Source: Candidatus Bathyarchaeota archaeon | GTDB lineage: Archaea; Thermoproteota; Bathyarchaeia; Bathyarchaeales; Bathycorpusculaceae | Assembly (NCBI GenBank): GCA_963832745.1 | Contig: CAWHVC010000003.1 | Coordinates: forward strand, 320,001 to 384,000 | Reading direction: 5' to 3' | DNA length: 64,000 nucleotides | Shown: positions 38,110 to 46,646 of the stretch, in pieces | How positions within the stretch are numbered: position 1 is the stretch's first letter | Layout of the letters: each line of letters starts with the position of its first letter | The notes under the pieces: model-generated | Database searches by the model: none | What the model saw: the letters and a program-made list of their open reading frames with translations, nothing else | Told to the model about the DNA's origin: nothing | Made by a program: the position numbers and the translations under genes

Positions 38110-40647
38110 TTAGAAGTAGTTTGAAAGATTATCAACCCTGTAACCATTAACAGCTTCACACACCGTTTTCGGAGTGTAACCTGCAAAATTTAACAAGTCA
38201 GCTGCTGAAGCATAAAGAAGCATCAAATACTTTTGTGTATCTGCGTTCAAGTTTTTGCCCACAAGCTGCTCTGCAACCACTCGCCTGTTATGCCGTCGGT
38301 TTTCCGAGTTGGTGAAAACAAAACGTATGCTGTTGCCAGCTTGCACATCCACGCCTTGTTCAAGCAACTGTTTTGCCGCGATTAATTGGCTTACACGTTG
38401 TCTGTACTGCCTAGGGTTTTTTGACAAGTGACGGGTAACCAGCAGGTCAGCTAATGGGATTTCTCGGTCGATTAATTTTTGCCGGTAATTTCTGAGTACG
38501 GCTATTGCGTCGGGAACCGTTTGTAGGAGTTCCTCTACGTTATCGGCATGTGCTAGAGCGTTTATCATTTCAGTTTGAGCATCATAAATAAAACGTGGAG
38601 TATCTCTTCGGCGAATTTCTAAGCCACGGATTTTGGTTTTGCCGTTTTCCAACACGCCAAAGTAACGGTTCAAAACGCTAACCCTCGGATGCAGTCGGGA
38701 TGGCAGAAAGGTTATCCATTTGTATTGCCCTTCAAAATTAATGGGGACTCCGACTTCTCGGCTGATAAGTTGACAGAGGTCGCTGTATTCGTCTTTGGTG
38801 GCGTTTGGTTTTTTTAGCCATAACGAGTCGACGATGCCGTGGAGAACCTCAAAACCGCAGTCTTCAGCGAGATGTGAAGCCTTAAGAAAAGCGTCCCTTG
38901 CATATGCACATACGCCGATGTGCCCATCAACTGTGCCGAACTTGGAGTTGCTAAAGCCTAAATAGCCGAAACAGGTGACCAAAATCCATTTCAAAGCGAC
39001 CTGGCGCCCCTCATACAGCTGCTTTAGACGCGGGTTTTGAGTTTGGTCTCTTAGGCGTTTATAGCTCAAACGTTTGGTTAATGCTAAATCGACTGTTTTA
39101 GGCACCATTCCAACACGTTTAGTGCAGATGTGATAGCCAAGTTCGGGAATGCGGACGGGCGAGTCGGGGCAGCATTTGCAGAGCACGGTTTCCGCGGAAA
39201 TGTTATACTTGCGCATCAGTGAGGGGTACATTGAGGAAAAATCTAGTTCTCCAACCTTGTCATGCAGCCCTAAGCGTGGCTCATAAACGAAGCCGCCGCG
39301 GTCACCGATGAGCAGGTCAAGGGCGGACTTGAAGGTTTCAGGAATCTTTTTGTTTCGAGGCAGCAGGATGTCGTCTTTTATTGCTTGGTAAGCCTGTATC
39401 GAGGACATACTGGAGCCGATGGAGAAACGAGCGGCAGTGTGTAGGGGTACCCGGCAGGTGCGGGCGATTTCGATTAAGCCGTCAAGCCCAGACTCTTTAA
39501 CTATGAACGTGTTGCTTTCGTCAACATGTATTCTGCCGTACAACCGCATTGTGCCAGCACGGTAAAATGTGTGTCCATAAGACCAGTAAGTATGCCCCCC
39601 TGAGTTTTTGCGGCTGAATCCAATGTTGTCCCTGCCTAAAATTAAGGCGTCAAGCACTTGGTTTTGGGCTGCACGGTGGATAAGATAGGGAAAAAGATAG
39701 GAGTCGCCAGAGCGGGTTATGATAATGTCCGGATCAAACTCCCGTACCGCATAGGTCATTTGGAGAATTTTGGTTGCTTCATCCCCATAATCAATTGCAA
39801 CCTCTTCTTTGCCAGGCTCCTTTAGGCGTATGCAGCCGATTTCGTCCTCAAAACTGTTAACCAAACCCCTTTTGGCTGCGTCAACGTCAAGCCGTATAAC
39901 CCGCAGGTCAGGGACAGCGTAATCGGTGCTTTCAACAGAATCCATCAGTCGATAGGTTAAGCCGTCCTGGGAAACTTTGATGTCTACAAACGCTAACGGG
40001 AATACGTCGCGGCTGAAAAAGTAGGAGCGGTCGTTTTGGATGTCACAGTTGTGCAGTTCATACCGCAAATAGTCGCCCATGCGCAGGATTTCGAGGGTGA
40101 GTTGGGGGATGCTTCGGCAGTCCCTAAGGGTTAACTGGAGTACACGAGATTTTTCGGCGTCGGTTACCTGTGCGTATTTGTAGACAAGGTCGAGACGGCT
40201 GATTTTTGGGTTGTCTTGTAACCGTCTGACTAAATCGTCAAGGTCACTCTGCTGTGCTGTTGATACGTAGAGGTATGGCTTAAACTTGTCAGTCAACCGG
40301 ACGCGGTCGCCGTTTTCAGCTATAACCCAAACCGCAACTTCTCCAGAACCTGCGGGGTAAGCGTCAAGTAACCACCCTCTAACTTGTCGTGATGACTGCT
40401 TAACTGCATCCAAAGCCTTCTCTAGGCGCATAATGGTTTTCTGTTGCGAAACCAAAATCGAAATCACCATAGGCTCAAACAGGATTGGCTGCACAGCGTT
40501 GCTTCCAGCTGAAGCGTAACTGCGGCAAGCATCCATCACCGCTTCAAAAGCATCCCGATCCTCGGTGCGCAGCGCTTTAGCAAAACCGTTCCACCTTCGA
40601 ATCTCGTTTTCTACGGCAATACGGTAGGATTCAACAGTTTTACCCAC
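38110..40647 (-). CDS. Family B DNA polymerase, PolB2 group, with N-terminal fused small accessory domain (arCOG07300-like)
   Basis: DFSSMYPS (motif A), KWILVTCFGY (motif B), HGIVDSLW (variant motif C typical of PolB2); N-terminal MGKTVESYR...FAKALR.ED. Confidence 0.88.
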   Translation of the reverse strand: MGKTVESYRIAVENEIRRWNGFAKALRTEDRDAFEAVMDACRSYASAGSNAVQPILFEPMVISILVSQQKTIMRLEKALDAVKQSSRQVRGWLLDAYPAGSGEVAVWVIAENGDRVRLTDKFKPYLYVSTAQQSDLDDLVRRLQDNPKISRLDLVYKYAQVTDAEKSRVLQLTLRDCRSIPQLTLEILRMGDYLRYELHNCDIQNDRSYFFSRDVFPLAFVDIKVSQDGLTYRLMDSVESTDYAVPDLRVIRLDVDAAKRGLVNSFEDEIGCIRLKEPGKEEVAIDYGDEATKILQMTYAVREFDPDIIITRSGDSYLFPYLIHRAAQNQVLDALILGRDNIGFSRKNSGGHTYWSYGHTFYRAGTMRLYGRIHVDESNTFIVKESGLDGLIEIARTCRVPLHTAARFSIGSSMSSIQAYQAIKDDILLPRNKKIPETFKSALDLLIGDRGGFVYEPRLGLHDKVGELDFSSMYPSLMRKYNISAETVLCKCCPDSPVRIPELGYHICTKRVGMVPKTVDLALTKRLSYKRLRDQTQNPRLKQLYEGRQVALKWILVTCFGYLGFSNSKFGTVDGHIGVCAYARDAFLKASHLAEDCGFEVLHGIVDSLWLKKPNATKDEYSDLCQLISREVGVPINFEGQYKWITFLPSRLHPRVSVLNRYFGVLENGKTKIRGLEIRRRDTPRFIYDAQTEMINALAHADNVEELLQTVPDAIAVLRNYRQKLIDREIPLADLLVTRHLSKNPRQYRQRVSQLIAAKQLLEQGVDVQAGNSIRFVFTNSENRRHNRRVVAEQLVGKNLNADTQKYLMLLYASAADLLNFAGYTPKTVCEAVNGYRVDNLSNYF

Positions 40648-40799
40648 CCACCTTGCCCCCTGTCGATGTTTTTTGCACTTTATTTTTTGCTCTCCATTTG
40701 AGGGACAGCAAAACCGTGCTCGCCGATTTAAACCGTCACTTCAAACTACCCCGCGGCAGAGTGGAGTCTGCAGTTAAAGTGAGCTAACACACCAAACGA

Positions 40800-40967
40800 C
40801 AACCTATTTGGAACCTAATAGAAACTCATTGCAGAAACCTATAGGGGGTAGCATAAAACTAAACGGCGACGGAGACTTTACCGCAACCGTTTCCAGCGGT
40901 AAACTGCAAATCACTAAGGGGGTAGGTGCTATTGGTTGAAAAACGAGGCATTAGTATGTTGAAAAAA
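40800..40967 (+). repeat. Dispersed element, copy 2 (diverged, interrupted by 65 nt)
   Basis: caacctatttggaacctaatagaaactcattgcagaaacctatagggggtag (40800-40851), then agggggtaggtgctattgg...tatgttgaaaaa (40917-40967). Confidence 0.8.
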
Positions 40968-40995
40968 AGTAGTTTGGGTAAGTTTTTTCTGCGTG

Positions 40996-41376
40996 TTACA
41001 TTGGTATTGTTTCGAAAAGTCCGAACACGTTTCCTTCAGGGTCTTTTGCTACTGCAAACCAACCCATTTGTGGAATCTCTGTTTTGGGAATAAGAACTTG
41101 TCCACCTAAATCTGTTAGTTTTTTGCTATATTCGTCTACTGATTCTACGTAGACATAGTTTAGGGCTTGTTGTTGAGGTTGTTCTCGTTTGTATAAGCCG
41201 CCGTTTACCCCCGGGCCCTTTAGGTTGCCTTTTTCATCCATGGGCACGGTTTCTATGCTGTAGTATTCCATGCCGGGAAGTTTGGTTATTTTCCAGCCGA
41301 ACAGGTCAACGTAGAATTGTTTGATTTTTTCTACGTCACTAGCTGGGATTTCAAAGTGAATTATTGTGTGATCCAT
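40996..41376 (-). CDS. VOC/glyoxalase family protein
   Basis: HFEIPASD, FYVDLFGW, NGGL, DPEGNVFGL. Confidence 0.92.
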   Translation of the reverse strand: MDHTIIHFEIPASDVEKIKQFYVDLFGWKITKLPGMEYYSIETVPMDEKGNLKGPGVNGGLYKREQPQQQALNYVYVESVDEYSKKLTDLGGQVLIPKTEIPQMGWFAVAKDPEGNVFGLFETIPM

Positions 41377-41456
41377 TAAAAATCGCCAAATAAAATAGAA
41401 GCGCTAAGAGTATAAGAAAATTGTTAACAAGAAAAAATCAAGAATTAGTCAAAAAC

Positions 41457-41942
41457 TTACGGATGCAACGGCAAAGTTTTACACCAATCAGCAATTTTCT
41501 TTTGGGTCTCTTCCTTATTAGCTAACGGAGAAATTAACCATAAAGTGCTAACTACAGTGGCGTCCTGTAGTAATTCTTTGGTTTTCTGGTCAGCCTGCTT
41601 AATATCACCATCAGAAGTATAAAACAACGCTACCCTCTTGCCTGACAAACTGTTTTGTTTAATGTAAGTTCTGACGGCGGGTGTTGGACTCCAAGCCCAA
41701 ATCGGTGTGCCGATAACAATTAGGTCGTAGTCTTTAGAAAGTTTTGTCGCTGAAGAAATTTCGGTTAAGCTTTTTCTGGATGCGTCCTTACCAGCCATTA
41801 TCCAACCAAGTTTGCCAGCGCGTTTCTTTTGGTCAACTATTTCTTCAATGTCAGCATTTAATTGAGTTGCAATATTTTCCGCAACAAACCTTGTTTTGCC
41901 TGTCCTTGAATAGTAAACAACTAAGCACTTCATCATAGTCAA
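41457..41942 (-). CDS. Flavodoxin
   Basis: VYYSRTGKT, IGTPIWAW. Confidence 0.9.
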   Translation of the reverse strand: MTMMKCLVVYYSRTGKTRFVAENIATQLNADIEEIVDQKKRAGKLGWIMAGKDASRKSLTEISSATKLSKDYDLIVIGTPIWAWSPTPAVRTYIKQNSLSGKRVALFYTSDGDIKQADQKTKELLQDATVVSTLWLISPLANKEETQKKIADWCKTLPLHP

Positions 41943-42046
41943 ACTGGATTAATTTGAAGCTGTATAAGAAATTTGCTGTATAGAAGCGATTTCAAAATTT
42001 GAAAACAAGAACTAAAAAAGAAATTAAAAAGAAAAGATGAGATGGC

Positions 42047-43480
42047 TTATGGTTGCCATTTGTCAACGAGATATTTGGCTATCTCGCTGCTATCTCTTGG
42101 ACCGACCAGTGCTTTCCAGCCGCTGAGTTCTTCGATTTCGCCGCTGATGCGTGATGCTTTGCCTGGGATGATGATTTTGCGGTGTTTAACTTTGCTTTCG
42201 ATGCCTGTTGACTTGATTGCTTCTGCAACTTTGTCCGCGGTTAGTTTGCGTCCTGCGACACCACTGTCAATTGCTGAGCCCTCTGCGTCGACTACGATTA
42301 GGTAAGCGTTGGTTTTGTTGCTTTCAAGGTCTGCTGCTACTGTGTAGTAGGTTAAGGCGAAGTTTGAGGTGAAGAACACTGGCGAGTTCTCGTTTGGTGT
42401 GCCGAAGACTTTGAGGCCTGGTGCGACAGCGACTGGTTTGCGTGGGTCTGTGTAGATATTTTGGCGTAGGAATACTTCTGGCAGTTGTGCCCATCCGTCA
42501 GTGTTGTGAAGTATGATAATGTCTGCAAATCGAACAATTAGCATGCCGGCTGTGTAGGCTTCACGCCATTTGATTAGGTCATCTGCCATTTCGCCTTTGT
42601 TTGCCCAAGCTGTTAATGGTAAACCAAGCAGTGGGAAACCGGCTAAGTCGTTACCTTCTCTTGCGGCTGACCTGCGGAGCATTGTAAAGTTGTTAAGTGT
42701 ATCTGCTAAGCCGTCGTTGAAGAAGGTTCCTGGATCAAGAACTAAGTCTTTAACGCCATAGTTCTGCAGTGTTTTGCTTAAAGTCATCAAGCCGTTAAGA
42801 TCATTTGGTGCAGAAGCGACTAGTGGACAGTTGTACATTAAAGCTAATTCTGCCATGTCTTTCCAGTTTGTCATTGTTGCAGCGTAAAGCAGTGGACGTG
42901 CTTTTGGAATTGCCATAACACCTGCTTCAAGAACTGAAGGGTTCAAAGCACACAGGATTAATGGCAGTTTGGTGGTTTCTGAAACTTTTTTGACGCAGTT
43001 CTTAAATTTGTCAGCATCACCCGATGTTGAACGGACTGCAATCATGTCAAGCTTTAGATTGTTACCGATGTATTCGTAGCTAAAACCTTCTGTGCTTTTT
43101 ATGCGGCTAACTACTTCGCTTTCAGCCATTTCGTCTGTAACGTCAACTGCGATTGCGGTTGGATTAAAGTACGTGAATTCATGGCGGTACATGACAAGTT
43201 TGCCGCCGATTTTACGGGCACTTTCACCAGCACCAATCACGACTTCTTTAACTGGAGGTTTAAGCATTTCTTTTAGCTTATTGTAGTTCTTTGCGTTTTC
43301 TGGTTTTTGCAATGGCTTGCATTGGTCAATGTTTGCTTCGCGGGCAACAACTTTAGTGGCAAAAGCCATACAGTTTTCTTGTCCGCATTCTTTGCAGTTA
43401 GTTTTTGGAAGCAGTTTGTAAATGTCTATTGGGCTTAATTCTTTCTTTGCAGCTTTTTCACTCATTCTCTTTTCCTCCAA
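42047..43480 (-). CDS. cdhE: Acetyl-CoA decarbonylase/synthase gamma subunit (corrinoid Fe-S protein large subunit)
   Basis: LPKTNCKECGQENCMAFA, RQNIYTDPRKP, NFALTY, VGPRDS. Confidence 0.96.
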   Translation of the reverse strand: MEEKRMSEKAAKKELSPIDIYKLLPKTNCKECGQENCMAFATKVVAREANIDQCKPLQKPENAKNYNKLKEMLKPPVKEVVIGAGESARKIGGKLVMYRHEFTYFNPTAIAVDVTDEMAESEVVSRIKSTEGFSYEYIGNNLKLDMIAVRSTSGDADKFKNCVKKVSETTKLPLILCALNPSVLEAGVMAIPKARPLLYAATMTNWKDMAELALMYNCPLVASAPNDLNGLMTLSKTLQNYGVKDLVLDPGTFFNDGLADTLNNFTMLRRSAAREGNDLAGFPLLGLPLTAWANKGEMADDLIKWREAYTAGMLIVRFADIIILHNTDGWAQLPEVFLRQNIYTDPRKPVAVAPGLKVFGTPNENSPVFFTSNFALTYYTVAADLESNKTNAYLIVVDAEGSAIDSGVAGRKLTADKVAEAIKSTGIESKVKHRKIIIPGKASRISGEIEELSGWKALVGPRDSSEIAKYLVDKWQP

Positions 43481-43482
43481 GT

Positions 43483-44688
43483 TTACATTTTGGCTGAAAC
43501 CCAGTCTAAGAATTTGCTGGGATCAGCTTTTTTGCCGCTGGATAGGTTGTTGATGACGTCTTTGAGGGTTTTTACTGCTGCTGGGTGAATCATCATGAAC
43601 ATGTCTACGCCTGCAAGCAGTAAGGTTAAGGCTGTGGTTACTTCCCAAAGTGGACCTCTAAGTTCGCGTGGTTCCCATTTGTCTTCCATCTTTAGCCAAG
43701 CTTCGCGTGCTGCCCAAGCGTTGGTTGTTCCGGAGGACATTGGGTGTGCGAGTTCGCCGTCGCCAAGTAGACCGCCTAGTCTTGCGCGTTCCATGTTGGT
43801 GAAAGCGTAGTCTAAACCGTAACCTAAAGCGGCAGTTGATAAGTCCATAACGATGTCTTCTTTGCCAAGGTAATCGTAGAGTTTGCGGTTGAGTTCTCTT
43901 GCCATGTTCAAGTCCATTGGAGTAAATGATAGGACTGCGTGGTTGTTTTTCTTTGCAAGTTTTGCAATATTTTCAATGTTCATGTCACGTGTGAATGAAC
44001 TGAGTAGGAATCTTTCACCTGGGAAAGCTTGTGTTACTTCTTCGAATAAGGCTGTGTCTTTTACTGGGTCACCGCATCCACCGATTACGAGTGGAACGTC
44101 AACTGCTTGCATCACGTTTTCGATGGTTTTTAGCGTTGATTTTGGAGTAGCATCTTTGAGTAAGGGGTCAATGCTGATTAAGTGGATTGTAACCATGTCT
44201 GCACCGAATTTTTCGACTGCAAGTTTTGCCCAAGCTGCTGGGTCACCCAAAACTTCTTTCACGTGCATTTTGACAGCTTTTGACAATGGAACTTCCATGT
44301 CGAAAACGTCTAAGGTGACAACTGGCTTGTGTATAACCGGGCTTTCGAAAGTGTAAAAGGCAGGTGATTTTTCACCACCGATGGTTAAGCTTCTTCCACG
44401 GGTGCCACCTTCACTTTTAGTTGCGCCAAGTTTTACTTCAGCAATGCTGCCTGAGTATTTTTCGATTGGTGGATTGAATGTTTGTTGCAGTAAAGCAGCG
44501 GGTTTTGTCGGAATAGCTGATGGAAGTTTAAGCTGAGGTATACTTGCAACGCCAGCGTCAATTCTTAATTCTAGATTTTTAGCTTCAAGCTGGAAATCGT
44601 GGAGTTCGAGGTTTTGGAACTTAGCTAAAAGTTCCATTAACTCGGTCACGTCTACTCCGGCGTTTTTATCGTCTTTTTTATCTGCCAA
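43483..44688 (-). CDS. cdhD: ACDS delta subunit (corrinoid Fe-S protein small subunit)
   Basis: GGTRG, ALGYGLDY, NAWAAREAW, RGPLWE, HPAAV. Confidence 0.96.
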   Translation of the reverse strand: MADKKDDKNAGVDVTELMELLAKFQNLELHDFQLEAKNLELRIDAGVASIPQLKLPSAIPTKPAALLQQTFNPPIEKYSGSIAEVKLGATKSEGGTRGRSLTIGGEKSPAFYTFESPVIHKPVVTLDVFDMEVPLSKAVKMHVKEVLGDPAAWAKLAVEKFGADMVTIHLISIDPLLKDATPKSTLKTIENVMQAVDVPLVIGGCGDPVKDTALFEEVTQAFPGERFLLSSFTRDMNIENIAKLAKKNNHAVLSFTPMDLNMARELNRKLYDYLGKEDIVMDLSTAALGYGLDYAFTNMERARLGGLLGDGELAHPMSSGTTNAWAAREAWLKMEDKWEPRELRGPLWEVTTALTLLLAGVDMFMMIHPAAVKTLKDVINNLSSGKKADPSKFLDWVSAKM

Positions 44689-44694
44689 GGCTAC

Positions 44695-46092
44695 TCACCG
44701 TTTCTCTGCTTTTTCGTCTTTCTTTATTACAACTTTGGAAGCATAGATTTTTGCGTCAGTTAGAATTATTCTAAAGCCGCCAGCAGATATTGGCAAGGTT
44801 GATGCAGTCATGACAGGCATTGCGCCTTCGGCTGCTGCCTCAGGGGCTGCTTCAGCTGCAGGTGCTTCTTCTGCGACCCATCTTGCAACTACGGGGTGAT
44901 TCTTTGCCTTAAGGAATGCTTGAAGTTCCTCAACATTCTTTGCATCGTCTTCTGTTGCAATCTTGTCAACCACGTCTGCAGGGATGAATTCTTTGACTTT
45001 TTCTTTGACTTCCTTAGGTAGCCAAACTATGCGGTTCCATCCACCGTCTGCTGCGAAGAATTTGCTGCTACGCATGTATTCAAGTGACATACCGTGGAAT
45101 CCGTCGATTTGGCGTCCGCCGGCTGTTGAGTCTGCTAAAGTGCTGAAGGGCAAACCGTTGACTGTTGCACCTTTAAAGCCTCTGTGAACTACTCCTAAGC
45201 CGTCAACTTCTGGAATGTAAAATGCAACTGCTTCGAAGCATCCACATGAAGTATGTGGGTGATCAAATGCTGTGTAAAGCCAGACTTTGGTAACTTCGCC
45301 CATGCTACGTTTCTTTGCTGCTTCGTTGACGCCGCTGAATTCGCCTTTTTCTTCGTTAATAATTTCGCCTCTTGGAATTGCGAAGATTGGACCTTTTGGA
45401 TCAATACTTGCTGAGGCTTTGCCGTCAAACCAGCTGATGGCGCCACAGTTACTGTATCTTTGTGGTGTGATAACACAAACGTGGCTTGGAGCGAATGATT
45501 GACAAAGGACACAACCGTAGAATGTATCTACTTCGCTGTCTTTGAGGCCTCTGGCTTTTGCGTCGCGAGCTTCATATGATGACATTGCTTGCGGATACAT
45601 TTCAGAGATTTTTGCTGTGTCAGTTATGAAGGTTATTTGCAGTTTTTCAATAATTGGCAGTTCGCTCTTGAATAAGCGGTAGAGAACTTTGCCCATTAGA
45701 TCAAAGCTGTTAAAGCCTTTCTGGAATGATTTTTTGCCTAAACGCATCCAGATGTCATAGCGTTGGTTTAAGTGCATAAAGCCTTCAATGTAGTTTAGGT
45801 AGCCGTGAAGACGCCTTTCAATGACACCTTCAAGTCCCGGATCTAATTGTGCGCCTGCTGCTTCGATAAGAATGCCTAAGGGGTATGCGCCGCCTTCTTT
45901 GAGGTCTTTTAGGTCTGGACCGATAATGGTAACTTTGCCATCTTCGATTTGATCCATTGGTTTTACTTTTGCGATTTCAAACTTTTCTTTGACTGTTGGA
46001 CCGCCGAGTTCGACTTGCATGTCGTTACGTCGGATACGTTCGCCTTCGTATATTACTCCAACTTCTACTGGTATATCTTTAAACATTGACAT
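44695..46092 (-). CDS. cdhC: ACDS beta subunit (acetyl-CoA synthase)
   Basis: YEGERIR, GCVLCQSFAP, HTSCGCFE. Confidence 0.97.
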   Translation of the reverse strand: MSMFKDIPVEVGVIYEGERIRRNDMQVELGGPTVKEKFEIAKVKPMDQIEDGKVTIIGPDLKDLKEGGAYPLGILIEAAGAQLDPGLEGVIERRLHGYLNYIEGFMHLNQRYDIWMRLGKKSFQKGFNSFDLMGKVLYRLFKSELPIIEKLQITFITDTAKISEMYPQAMSSYEARDAKARGLKDSEVDTFYGCVLCQSFAPSHVCVITPQRYSNCGAISWFDGKASASIDPKGPIFAIPRGEIINEEKGEFSGVNEAAKKRSMGEVTKVWLYTAFDHPHTSCGCFEAVAFYIPEVDGLGVVHRGFKGATVNGLPFSTLADSTAGGRQIDGFHGMSLEYMRSSKFFAADGGWNRIVWLPKEVKEKVKEFIPADVVDKIATEDDAKNVEELQAFLKAKNHPVVARWVAEEAPAAEAAPEAAAEGAMPVMTASTLPISAGGFRIILTDAKIYASKVVIKKDEKAEKR

Positions 46093-46097
46093 TTTGT

Positions 46098-46640
46098 TTA
46101 ATTTCCTCCATTAAATTGGGTGGTCATTACTTTGAGATTGGTTGCCCATGCCTCTTCACTGCCATTTGGAAATGACCAGCTTGCATGGACATGATAGGTA
46201 TTGTCAAGAGTCATAGTTTTTAGGTCTGGTGCAAAGTGTTTGAGTCCTGAAAGGATCAAAGCTTCCATATAGTAGGGTAAACCAACGTACATGACAAGGT
46301 CTGGGTGGCCTTTGCCATCAAGTCCTTGCCAGGTTGGATCGACTACTCTGTTGCTTATGTCTATTGCATTCATGAAAGCTGCTGGTTGGTAACCTCTTTT
46401 TACGAATTCACCAACTATGTGAGCTGTTGCAACTACTGGAACGTTGGATGCTTTTGCAAGGTCAATTATGAAGTCTATTACCGGTTTGCCTTCTAGCTGC
46501 CTTGTGACAACGTTGCTCCCCACAATAAGAAGTGGGCGAACTGCTTTTTTGATCATTGCCACTGCGATCTCGGGTTTTTGGATTGGGTTTGCTTTTTTAG
46601 TTGCAGCTATTTCTGCACATTGCCATGGTTCACACGACAT
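46098..46640 (-). CDS. cdhB: ACDS epsilon subunit
   Basis: PWQCAE, RPLLIVG, WQGLDGKG, LKHFA, SWSFPN. Confidence 0.95.
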   Translation of the reverse strand: MSCEPWQCAEIAATKKANPIQKPEIAVAMIKKAVRPLLIVGSNVVTRQLEGKPVIDFIIDLAKASNVPVVATAHIVGEFVKRGYQPAAFMNAIDISNRVVDPTWQGLDGKGHPDLVMYVGLPYYMEALILSGLKHFAPDLKTMTLDNTYHVHASWSFPNGSEEAWATNLKVMTTQFNGGN

Positions 46641-46646
46641 TCATGA

